A stretch of DNA of 64,000 nucleotides from Cystobacterineae bacterium (GCA_009782175.1 WRKR01000007.1:6125-70124); one strand, 5' to 3'. Shown: positions 20,701 to 28,658, counted from the first letter of the stretch. Notes: generated by a model from the letters alone, not told the origin. Made by a program: numbers and translations.

Positions 20701-21289
20701 GGTTGAAAGAGTTATGGCCCAGGAAAAACAGAACTTCATCATTGCGCGCATAATTTTTATATCGCTGGACAACATCAGCGTATTGACGGTTCGCCAGTTG
20801 CCCATATTCAACCTGCTTGTTCAATAGCGCTTGCTTCTCCGCCAAAACACGCGCCTGCGCACCTTTGTCCTGCTTGTCCATGGCCACCACCAACTCGTCG
20901 TCTTTGCGGCTGGCTTCAATAAAATAATAACGGGATTCTTCCCCATAAAGCCCACCCAAACGAAAAAGCAGATCCGGCATTTCTTTCTCGTCAGCACCCA
21001 GCTGAATAATCCGACTCAACCCCGCAATCTGCTCGCGACGTTTGCTGGCCACCTGCAGCTCCACATCCAAACGAAACTGATCATATTGAAACACCGGAGC
21101 CGTAGGCGCTTGCTCCTCTTGCTTGCGCGTAACATCTCCCGCCAAAGCCATATCCGGAGCAGCAGAAACCGACCTCTTTAACCCTACGCCCTGCGTATCG
21201 GGTGATTGCGAAAAGGCCAGAGCTGCCAGCGTCATACTCAACAAGAACAAAAATCTTCGCATAGCCATCTTTCTGAAAATCTTATTCAC
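17732..21289 (-). CDS. Large periplasmic TPR-repeat protein (GltD/AgmU-like)
   Basis: 1185-aa ORF. Signal peptide MAMRRFLFLLSMTLAALAFSQS, followed by continuous TPR-like hairpins (e.g. ALVAYGKLIKDYPKSRFIPDTYVVFGQYYFN). Confidence 0.85.
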   Translation of the reverse strand: MNKIFRKMAMRRFLFLLSMTLAALAFSQSPDTQGVGLKRSVSAAPDMALAGDVTRKQEEQAPTAPVFQYDQFRLDVELQVASKRREQIAGLSRIIQLGADEKEMPDLLFRLGGLYGEESRYYFIEASRKDDELVVAMDKQDKGAQARVLAEKQALLNKQVEYGQLANRQYADVVQRYKNYARNDEVLFFLGHNSFNLGETNKALVAYGKLIKDYPKSRFIPDTYVVFGQYYFNNSQGKSDMLRKALDAFQKASAYPDNQAYAYTLYMQGWCYYNLGEFAKAKEQFKAVVLYGELAGSKAVEGEKGRPNARIGLIREAMNDFVRAYARGGGTPGDAKVEFARVTSKEEDRFNMLKQLANFYYQDGSDREAAVAFDMLIQERPLSPEAPGFQGKIVDCVMRAGNKPMTVAQVRKLVKILTQVEASGTITEAKDKIALSEARDLAERTISNLAVNWHKEGSKTRNEETFQFANDVYADYLALFPESSKAYELRFFWAELLFEHLNNHAKAAEQYGMVADEDVRRIESQQAPGRRLGDAAYNAVFAYNEVVAQARSKGVLKAQPEKTSSSAPPRPREIPEEYKRLLAACDRYLKYVPEGKSRVETAYIAAKVYYDHDHLEEAVGRFIEIAEKYPTHPFGTGKTAGELSAHLALNCYEQLQQWDKLHETAVRFYRNNQLARDKLKEELAKIVETSAFKLVELFEKKGEHGNAAEAYMSFAKNFPSSQLAAQALFNAALGYSKAKQFNKAIETRQLLIKGHSKSQYYPETLYLLSQDFVMIADFELAASHFEQYVVQYSRALSSGEGTTRQASRASGRRSSKATAHKATARPKESEFGFKEKQAQFALSNALFFRTGLGQYEKAIKNGETYLAMWPRSKQADEVFWAVVQNLEKLGKNRQTINMLEEYANDKRRHSANAYMTAQAKLFAIARNANMRSMAMRASEELHKRLPKKNISELGAEAKENVAFAFYDAAEDGYKRYQRLRIRWNALLNEAQFKEALKTKELSLAELLKVYTRIIEVGSPHYAICASAKLGDAYADMAQNFLELPTPRGMQAELEADFQNFLRESALPFSKEAVAYYQASVLAARKNNLSNHCSQNALEQLRNKYRIPGFEPRGNLLMSLDVKQQVQPIMPTSQFVMSETPLAQEQVRRLMSAIDSSPRAPSRAATPAKAVSPASESLKEANDEPL

Positions 21290-21448
21290 CCCAGCGCCTC
21301 ATCCATTCCCAAAGCGACGCTATACATATCCACAACATAGCGTCTGCCGCATACGGAGTTCATCAACAGAGGTTTAACCAACGAAAAAGCCACGCATTGC
21401 CAAAACACACAAATTGCCAAAATTGCCAAAATACGCAACCCTCACCCC

Positions 21449-22627
21449 TCACCCTTTTGCATACCAGGACATTTCACGATAACGAAGCAACATCACCCTC
21501 AAAACAACCTTGAGAACTGCAGTCACAGGTACGGATAACAAAATCCCCATAAATCCAAAAAGTTCTCCAAACGTAAAAACAGAAACAATAACAACAATAG
21601 CTGGCAATCCCACGCGATCTCCAACAATTTTGGGGGTAATTAAAAACCCCTCCAGGGCCTGCGTAACTACGAAAGTGGCCGTAACCCCGAAGACTTGCCA
21701 CCATCCGGTATCAGGAGACAGCAAAAGGGCAATGCCCGCAAGTGCAATGCCGGATGCGGTGCCTACATAGGGCAGGATGTTTCCAAAGCCGGCGACCAAG
21801 GCGATGAGTATGGCCATGTCAATGCCTGAAAGCCTAAACCCTGTGCCATACAAAACGGTCAAAATGCATCCCACCCACAGTTGGCCTCGGACAAAGCCTG
21901 AGAGGACTTCATTGAGCTCACCGAAGCGATGGGTGACTTGAGTCTTCGCCCATAGGGGAATCCATCGCAGCGACTTTTGCACCAAAGCATTCCAGCTCAG
22001 CAAAAAGCTAATGCTCAAAACAGGCACCAAGCCTATGCCAATAAGGATGTTGATGATCCCGGGTGTGCTGCTGGCAATAGAGCCCACCAATTGAGCAAGC
22101 ACAGGCCCTAGCTCATTAAAGAAAGAATCCACGCCTTCCCTCAGGCTTGTCACTGCACCATGCAAGGACTCAGGAATGGAGGATTCGAGCTTCCCAAGCC
22201 ATGGCACAATGAGATCTTTCGTGCGATAAAAGGACTCGGGGATCTTCAAAAACTGCGCTCTCAAAACAGGAATGAGATAAAAAATAAAACCCAGCAAAAG
22301 ACCCAGAAGTCCCGCGAAGACAAGAATGACGGAAAAAAGCCGCGAAAAACCCTTTTTGCACATGAAGGCAACAAGAGGGTTGAGCGCATAAGCCAGAGCA
22401 AAAGCCAACAGTGCAGGAATGGCAACCACTTTGACATAAACAATGAGGCTCAGAACAAGGGCCAAAATAGCCAGTGTCCCAAAGGACCAAAGCCAATCCG
22501 CACGCCTTAAAACCTCTTCTTCCTGCTTGGACAAAACCACTTCGGGCAAAGGCGTTTCAGCGGGGGACTGTTGCTTCTCTTGCGTTGTTTGTTTCTCTTG
22601 CGTTGTTTCTGGTGTCGGAGAAGACAT
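21449..22627 (-). CDS. AI-2E family transporter (PerM/YhhT-like permease)
   Basis: Polytopic membrane protein with the typical C-terminal core ...AGFGNILPYVGTASGIALAGIALLL...FLITPKIVGDRVGLPAIVVIVSV. The start was moved from 22684 to ATG 22627 (MSSPTPETTQEKQ) because the extension lies inside a tandem repeat. Confidence 0.8.
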   Translation of the reverse strand: MSSPTPETTQEKQTTQEKQQSPAETPLPEVVLSKQEEEVLRRADWLWSFGTLAILALVLSLIVYVKVVAIPALLAFALAYALNPLVAFMCKKGFSRLFSVILVFAGLLGLLLGFIFYLIPVLRAQFLKIPESFYRTKDLIVPWLGKLESSIPESLHGAVTSLREGVDSFFNELGPVLAQLVGSIASSTPGIINILIGIGLVPVLSISFLLSWNALVQKSLRWIPLWAKTQVTHRFGELNEVLSGFVRGQLWVGCILTVLYGTGFRLSGIDMAILIALVAGFGNILPYVGTASGIALAGIALLLSPDTGWWQVFGVTATFVVTQALEGFLITPKIVGDRVGLPAIVVIVSVFTFGELFGFMGILLSVPVTAVLKVVLRVMLLRYREMSWYAKG

Positions 22628-22639
22628 GCATTTCTTTCC

Positions 22640-22716
22640 GTTGAGCACTCCGTTTTTGTTGAGCACTCTGTTTTTGTTGAGCACTGTTTTCGTTGAGAAC
22701 TGTTTTTGTTGAGAAC
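22640..22716. repeat. Tandem repeat of 16-18 bp, about 4.5 copies (GTTGAGCACTCTGTTTTT)
   Basis: Read directly: gttgagcactccgttttt / gttgagcactctgttttt / gttgagcactgttttc / gttgagaactgttttt / gttgagaac. It fills the space between the PEGA gene stop and the permease start. Confidence 0.9.
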
Positions 22717-23075
22717 TAAGGATGAACAGAATTTATTTGCATGGGTTGTAGCTGTACATGCAAGCTCATTTTGCTGCTATCTACGGCAACCATCGCCTCA
22801 TAAGGCCAATAGCCCGCTTTCGTAACGACGATTTTCCGCAAGTGAGGAGATCGGTTGATTCTCAAACCTGTTGCCACATAATCCAAGCAATTGCCCTGGG
22901 GAATGCCGTCGAGCACCACTTCTGCATCTTCAGGTTCGCAATGAATAAAGAGATTGCCTCGCTCTGTGGCGCTTTTGTTTTCTTTCTCCCATTGCTCCCA
23001 AGAAGCCACCACTGAAGGTGGCGCCGTGGATATGCAAGCCCAAGAAGCCAAGCTCAATCCCCAGGCAAACCTCAT
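22716..23075 (-). CDS. PEGA-domain lipoprotein
   Basis: Lipobox LASWAC. PEGA-like core CEPEDAEVVLDGIPQGNC...LRKIVVTKAGYWPY. Its ATGA overlaps the stop of the upstream gene. Confidence 0.7.
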   Translation of the reverse strand: MRFAWGLSLASWACISTAPPSVVASWEQWEKENKSATERGNLFIHCEPEDAEVVLDGIPQGNCLDYVATGLRINRSPHLRKIVVTKAGYWPYEAMVAVDSSKMSLHVQLQPMQINSVHP

Positions 23076-24067
23076 TTTGCTTTCCTCTGGCTTGCAACAA
23101 CAATCATCCGCCCAAGCTGCTTGGCATGGATTTTTAAATTCAATTCAGCAGCAACTTCATTGCTCAACTCAAAACTGCAGCTGTCCCGTTGGATGGCTTG
23201 AACAGCCCATATGCCAGAGTTTTCCCCTATTGTTTTATGACTCAAAACACCTTTTTCCAAAGGCCCTGGGTTTTGCACCGCCGCTGGCGTTTGAGTGCTC
23301 CACACAACAAAATAATTTTCAGCTGCTGTATCCAAAAAAAACTGTGCATCCTCAGAAAACAACACCGGAAACAAACAAGGCTCTAACGAAACCTCCAACA
23401 AAGGAGGAACAACCCAGAGCATTTTCGTTTCACCTTGCTTTGTCTCACCCTGCTTTGTCTCACCCTGCTTTGTCTCGCCTTGCTTTGTCTCGCCTTGCTT
23501 TGTCTCACCTTGCTTTGTCTCACCTTGCTTGGTCTCGCTGTGTGTGGCGAGCACTCCCTTCGCAGACAAGGGGGGCAGCTGAGCCATGGCCTTAGCCAAC
23601 TTTGGGCAGAGGGGAGCTAAGGAAGAGAGTGGCAATTTGAAAAAAAAACTCTGGCCTCCATCCACAAACCGCCAGTGTGCCTCTGGCCTTTGCGACAAAA
23701 GCAAGTTTGCAAGTTTTTCTCTCAATTGCTCTTCTGGAGCGCATTCCTTCAATTGGAGGCTTCTGCTCAAACGCAACTCGCGAATCAGCAAAAACAAGCG
23801 CTCTGCCGCATTCAACCTTGCAAGGCGTTCAGCGTTTGAACGGGATTGAAGAGCACTGGGCACCAAAAAGTCGGGGGGGGCCTTTCCGCTCACGGCAATG
23901 CTCAAGTTTTCAAAGTCCACATAAGCCGTTTCCAAGGGAGGATCCACGGGCCACATGGCCCATGAAAAATCTCCCCCCAAAACGGCTCCCATCAGAAACA
24001 ACAGCCGCAGGGGAAAACAGTTAACGCCATGGTGAAGTGGCGTGGTTTTTTTCCACATAATCATCAA
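23072..24067 (-). CDS. Secreted hypothetical protein with an internal (G/S)ETKQ pentapeptide array
   Basis: N-terminal signal-like segment KKTTPLHHGVNCFPLRLLFLMGAVLGGDFSWA. A central SETKQ-(GETKQ)n-GETK repeat is encoded by a 15-bp array. Confidence 0.7.
   Translation of the reverse strand: MMIMWKKTTPLHHGVNCFPLRLLFLMGAVLGGDFSWAMWPVDPPLETAYVDFENLSIAVSGKAPPDFLVPSALQSRSNAERLARLNAAERLFLLIRELRLSRSLQLKECAPEEQLREKLANLLLSQRPEAHWRFVDGGQSFFFKLPLSSLAPLCPKLAKAMAQLPPLSAKGVLATHSETKQGETKQGETKQGETKQGETKQGETKQGETKQGETKMLWVVPPLLEVSLEPCLFPVLFSEDAQFFLDTAAENYFVVWSTQTPAAVQNPGPLEKGVLSHKTIGENSGIWAVQAIQRDSCSFELSNEVAAELNLKIHAKQLGRMIVVASQRKAK
23423..23539. repeat. Tandem repeat of 15 bp, about 8 copies (TTGCTTTGTCTCACC), in frame within the CDS
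   Basis: Full units lie at 23435, 23450, 23465, 23480, 23495, 23510 and 23525, with a partial unit at 23424. The only variation is C/T and A/G at two positions. Confidence 0.95.
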
Positions 24068-24362
24068 TCATCTTTCGATGACGTTCAGCCAACAATGTAA
24101 AGCGTATTCCCGAACCTTCGCGATCTTCCATGTCCATCCACTCTCGTACAACCTCGCCTTCAGCATAAATAACCTCATCACTCCCCGGAAGTTGGAATTG
24201 CAACCCAACACGTTTTCCGCCCAACTGAGGCTCAATCAACGTGGAAAGTGAAACGCCGTTTCGAGAAATATCTGAAACATGCGCCATATAGGGGACTCCC
24301 TTCACATATTTGTTCATAAAAATGTCAATGGGAGCTCTCTTGCCATCTCGGTTGTCACTCAT
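24021..24362 (-). CDS. PilZ-domain protein
   Basis: The internal ATG 24362 (MSDNRDGKRAPIDIF...) is preferred over the 24500 start. A beta-barrel-like core contains DISRNGVSL (the D/NxSxxG half of the PilZ c-di-GMP motif). The canonical RxxxR half is not obvious (only GKRAPID). The 3' end overlaps the next gene. Confidence 0.7.
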   Translation of the reverse strand: MSDNRDGKRAPIDIFMNKYVKGVPYMAHVSDISRNGVSLSTLIEPQLGGKRVGLQFQLPGSDEVIYAEGEVVREWMDMEDREGSGIRFTLLAERHRKMIDDYVEKNHATSPWR

Positions 24363-24913
24363 AAAAATCTCCAGCGCAAAGCATGCCGCATTTGCTACAT
24401 GCACGTTGCAATGCAGCCTAAACGCAAGCAATCGAAGGTCAAGAAAACGACCAAAGAAGCTTTCTCCAGGACAAAAACTTGACGGAGCATGGAAAATCAT
24501 CCTGCGCCTTCCAACACGCGTGGGGCGTGGCTTCTGTGGCCTGCGCGGCGCTGCGTTCTATGCCAAATGCTTGCTGCGCTCAACGCTCTTTTTAAAAAAA
24601 ATCCCAAGGAAAAATTCACAAAATCCCCAAGCCCCATCCAAGCTGGGTTTTCCTTGCTTATCCTTTTCCTTGCTTATCCAATGTCCCCTTCGACAATGCC
24701 GTTGCCCTTTTGCGTTCCACCCGCTTCACCCGTTTCACAACAGGGCATGAAGAGGGCGCGAAGGAGCGTGAAGGCATTTTTTTGAGCTTGCCTGGCTTCG
24801 CAAAAATAAACCTGCCTCAAGCGGGCTAGGCTCTCAAGGGGACACGCAAAGCTTTGGCTAAAAAAAACCGCCGCCACCTTGCTTGCAAAGTGACAGCGAT
24901 CTTCAAACCCCAT

Positions 24914-24948
24914 GTGAAAACTTTGGGCTTTCAAATTTTCAGCCCAAA
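24914..24948 (-). terminator. Possible intrinsic terminator of csp
   Basis: The minus strand reads TTTGGGCT-gaaaatttgaa-AGCCCAAA followed by GTTTTC. It begins about 18 nt after the csp stop. Confidence 0.5.
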
Positions 24949-24965
24949 AACAGCGTCAGTTGAAA

Positions 24966-25172
24966 TCAACCAACAGCACGCACATTAACAGCTTGCAGTC
25001 CTTTCGCACCACGTGTTACTTCGAATTCAACCCTTTGGCCTTCAGACAGGGTGCGAAACCCCCCCATCTCAATTGCTGTATGGTGGCAAAATACATCTTC
25101 TCCGCCACCATCTTGTGTCAAAAAACCAAAGCCCTTCGCATCATTAAACCATTTTACGGTACCAGTTGCCAT
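24966..25172 (-). CDS. cspA: Cold-shock protein, CspA family
   Basis: [34 protein letters not shown] carries the RNP1 (KGFGF) and RNP2 (VFCHH) motifs. 68 aa. Confidence 0.95.
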   Translation of the reverse strand: MATGTVKWFNDAKGFGFLTQDGGGEDVFCHHTAIEMGGFRTLSEGQRVEFEVTRGAKGLQAVNVRAVG

Positions 25173-25606
25173 GTCTACTTAACATCCTTTTACATTTTTG
25201 GTTAACATGCCCCATTTTTGAGGCGAAAGAGAGCTTATAAGCTTGTTGCAAGCTTGTCTATGCTTATTTAGCAATGAGTATTAAAAATTATCAGAGGGCT
25301 CTCTATGCCATTTCCTTATTGGGCTTGATCCTCATTCAAACTCAAGGCTGTTAATCAGAAAAATTTCCCGAAATAATAAGGCTTCTGGCATAAAACCTTT
25401 GCCGGGTTTTCTTTGGACTTCAAATGGTTTTATATTTCCTTAAACCAGGTGATATATCAACCCACTCAAAACCACATATCAACCTACCCAAAACCACATC
25501 AGGCTGTTTTTTGAGCTGCGCTTTCAAAAACGCATGAACAGCAGTCCCCTAAAAATTCAACTCACCGTTTTGATCTAGAGCTGATGATATGTTTTGACGG
25601 ATAAAA

Positions 25607-26101
25607 AATGAAAAAATATATAGTGTTAATATTTAAGGTTTTGTTGCTCCATGTGGCTTGGGCGAAAGAGCCACAAAAACACAAAAATTGACACTTGAGC
25701 CCGATGAAATTGAAGCCCTCTTTTTAAAACAAAACCTGCAACTCATTGCTGAGCACATGAACATTGCTCTGGTCGATGCAGAAATAACGCAAGCCAAATT
25801 GTGGAGCAATCCTCAATTTTCTATCAGCGACATCCATTTATGGAGCACCCAAAAACAACGTGGAGGAAAAAAAGAAATGATCCCCCCCTTGTTTGGTTCT
25901 TTTGCCAGAAACACACAATTCAGCATAGAGCTCAGTCAATGGATTGAGCTCTCAGGAAAAAGAGGGAAACTCATTCATCGAGAAAAAATTTCAAAAGAAA
26001 TTGCAATTCAAGAATTTGAAGAGCTGCTTCGCCATTTAAAAGTGGAGCTGCGAAAATCAATTCATGAAATTATTTATATCGATCATATCAAAAAACTTTA
26101 G
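25607..26101 (+). pseudogene. CzcC/TolC-family outer-membrane efflux protein, frameshifted N-terminal fragment
   Basis: The signal peptide MKKYIVLIFKVLLLHVAWA starts at 25607 and hits TGA after 27 codons. The mature part continues in another frame from 25658 (KLTLEPDEIEALFLKQNLQLIAEH...LWSNPQFSI...ELSQWIELSGKRGKL) and stops after 147 aa. This family normally runs to about 400 aa. Confidence 0.7.
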
Positions 26102-26109
26102 AAAAACAA

Positions 26110-26972
26110 ATGGAGTTTTTCTCTCGGCTGGTAGAAAGCTATAAACATCAAGTGATGCAAAAAATAAAAAAAGACAACCTGCTTGACGAAATGAAAGAGG
26201 CTTTGGAAATTTATCCTGGAATCGTCTTTGGCTTTAGTCAGCCAATTCAAGACAACGTTGAAGAATATGTTGCCGGAGTTAAAAGCTCTCTTGTCATTAA
26301 AATATTTGGAGAAAACCTTCATCAGCTGGAAGAGCTTGCAACTCAAACCGCCACGACAATTTTTGGCGTGCGAGGCGTTGAAGACGTCAATATCTTTCGA
26401 AGCATAGGGCTTCCTGAATTGCAAATAAAACTCGAAGAGTCCCGCATGGCTCAATATGCCGTCTCCATGGCTGATGCGCAAGCTGTCATTGAAATGGCCA
26501 TTGGAGGAAAGGCTAATGGATGATAAATATGTTCCATTGAAAGAAATCTCCGACATTCAATTCATCACCGGCCCAACATTTATATACCGCGAAGGCAGCA
26601 GTCGTTATGTGGGTGTTGGATTTAGTATCTGAATTTCGGAAACCTGAAAGACACTTTAATCGCCGCCAGCGCCATGCCCTATGCTCTTATTGGCGGATTT
26701 ATATCATTGTGGGTTACGGGCACTGTTTTTGGCATATCCGCCGGCATTGGTTTCATTATTTTATGAGGCCGTGCAGCAAAGAGTGAGGCCTGTGTTGATG
26801 ATTGCTCTCATGGGCTCTGCCTGCGGCTTTGTCTCAAGGCATGGGCTCAGAAATTCAAAAACCACTCGCCATTATGATTGTGGGAGGCATTATTATATGC
26901 ATGTTGCTTTCATTCACTGTTTTGCCTCAAATTTTTTATTTCGCCTATAGGCATGACAGGAGGTTGAAGTGA
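26110..26972 (+). pseudogene. CzcA/CusA-type heavy-metal RND pump, internally deleted and frameshifted remnant
   Basis: Fragments appear in three frames. They are ...YPGIVFGFSQPIQDNVEEYVAGVKSSLVIKIFGENLHQLEELA...AQAVIEMAIGGKA, then DKYVPLKEISDIQFITGPTFIYREGSSRYVGVGF, then ...ALIGGFISLWVTG...SAGIGFIIL..RVRPVLMIALMGS, and finally GSEIQKPLAIMIVGGIIICMLLSFTVLPQIFY. Only about 0.86 kb remains of a gene that is normally about 3 kb. No membrane-fusion (CzcB) gene is present. Confidence 0.75.
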
Positions 26973-26988
26973 ATGGCGTGGCTTGAGT

Positions 26989-28638
26989 TTAAATCGACGG
27001 TTTCGAGCCAGGTGGAGTCGAATTTTCATGGAGTTGCTTCTCGTCTTGAAAATCCAACACCAACTCCGGTTCCCTGCCCTCAGCAATAAGCTTAAGATAA
27101 CTTCTGTTTCCCAACCACCAACCAATGCCCAGGGCCATAAGCAGAGACAAACCCATGAGAATAATTCCCAGGACAAGCCAACGAAGAGAAAACACGCCTT
27201 CTTTTCTTGGAAACTTCAGCAACTCATCGGTAGACGCTTCCGTGGATGCCGCATTATCCCGCAGCCCTGCATCCACCTTGTTTTCCTTCTCGTGTACGAT
27301 CAGCGAAAGAGGCTGAGAAGGCCGCTTTTGCTCTTCCTTCTTGGCAAGCTCATCCTGAAGCGCCACTTGGGCGGATGAAGAAGCCAAAGCAAGCGCATTG
27401 TCTATTTTTTCTGGGAAAACCAAGGGCTGCCCCTGGCTGTCAACCAAGGCCGTGCACTCTTGATCATATTCTTTATCTGAAAATGAAGCATGTGGTGTGA
27501 GGGGCAGAGCTTCCGGCGCCCAATGCGCTCCTTTAGACGTGGAATCAGACACAAGCTCTGGTTTTGCTTTGTTGGAAGAGCGGCTATCAATCACTGTTTG
27601 AGCATCTTCAAAAGGACGACGTTGGATGAGCGTAGAAGGCTCAATAGAAACATCAATCCTCGAAAGCATGCTCTCAATCTCAGCTCTTAAGGTTGAAAAA
27701 TGCTTTTGTATAAACTGCAAACACTCCACTTCTGTCCAGACAACCGTCGAAAACTCTTTGTCTAACTCTTCTACGAAGCCTCCCATGGTTTGAAAGCGTT
27801 TATCTAAAGAGCGCTCCAACATCCGAAGCACCACATTGTCAATGCTGCGGGGAAGCTTTCTATTGGTTTGCGAAGGCAAAGAAATGGCCCCCTGGAAAAC
27901 AGCCATCATGTCTTGCATGGGTTTCCCACGCGCAAACAAACGCTCACCACTTAAAAGCTCATGGAAAACAACACCCAACGAAAAAATATCTGTTCGAATG
28001 TCAAGAGGCTGATCTGTCGCTTGCTCTGGCGACATATAGGCAGAAGTTCCACGCACCATTCCCGCCGTTGTTCTGCGGTTCGCCCCTACAACTCGAGCAA
28101 TGCCAAAATCAAGAACACGGCTTCGACCATCAAAACTCAACATAATGTTTCTGGGCGTCACATCCCTGTGGATGATCGGCGCAGCTTGCCCTTTTTCTCC
28201 ACAATAGTTGTGGGCATGGTTTAAACCCAAAGCCGCGCCGCGAATAACAGAAAGCGTCAGCCCCAGCGGCAAGGGCTCTTGAAAATGCTCCACGAGCTCT
28301 TCCAAATTTAAACCCGGAATAAACTCCATCACCAAACATATGTCCCCTTCCGTTACTTCTAAATCCAACACCCGTGCCGCATTTGGATGGTTGAGGCCCG
28401 CCATCAGCTTCGCCTCATGCAGCAAAAGCTCCAAGGCCTCCGTATCATCCTCATATTCTGTGAGCATGCGCTTTAAAACAACCGCCTTCCCCGCCCACAC
28501 CCCTGCCCTTGCAAAACCCAGAAATATTTCGGCCATTCCACCAACGGCCATGCGACAGAGCAACTCGTATTTTCCCAGGCAGTGTCCTGTATGTTCGTCA
28601 GCCTGAAACGACATTTTCTCTACCTCTCTACCTGCCAA
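26989..28638 (-). CDS. Hanks-type serine/threonine protein kinase with a C-terminal TM anchor
   Basis: Motifs: GGMAEIFLG (glycine loop), AVVLKR (Lys), HRDVTPRNIM, DFGIARV and SAYMSPEQ. C-terminal helix WLVLGIILMGLSLLMALGIGWWL. Confidence 0.9.
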   Translation of the reverse strand: MAGREVEKMSFQADEHTGHCLGKYELLCRMAVGGMAEIFLGFARAGVWAGKAVVLKRMLTEYEDDTEALELLLHEAKLMAGLNHPNAARVLDLEVTEGDICLVMEFIPGLNLEELVEHFQEPLPLGLTLSVIRGAALGLNHAHNYCGEKGQAAPIIHRDVTPRNIMLSFDGRSRVLDFGIARVVGANRRTTAGMVRGTSAYMSPEQATDQPLDIRTDIFSLGVVFHELLSGERLFARGKPMQDMMAVFQGAISLPSQTNRKLPRSIDNVVLRMLERSLDKRFQTMGGFVEELDKEFSTVVWTEVECLQFIQKHFSTLRAEIESMLSRIDVSIEPSTLIQRRPFEDAQTVIDSRSSNKAKPELVSDSTSKGAHWAPEALPLTPHASFSDKEYDQECTALVDSQGQPLVFPEKIDNALALASSSAQVALQDELAKKEEQKRPSQPLSLIVHEKENKVDAGLRDNAASTEASTDELLKFPRKEGVFSLRWLVLGIILMGLSLLMALGIGWWLGNRSYLKLIAEGREPELVLDFQDEKQLHENSTPPGSKPSI

Positions 28639-28658
28639 TAACTAACACAAATGTAGAA

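Noticed and set aside
19643-20827. A 394-aa plus-strand ORF.
   Set aside because: It is antisense to the gltD-like TPR gene, whose frame has a signal peptide and coherent TPR repeats. The plus-strand translation is low-complexity with no motifs.
21396-21431. A sigma-54 promoter (TGGCA...GCA) on the minus strand upstream of the gltD-like gene.
   Set aside because: In TGGCAATTTTGGCAA the GG and GC dinucleotides are separated by 8 nt, not the 10 nt required by the -24/-12 consensus. It is kept only as a repeat motif.
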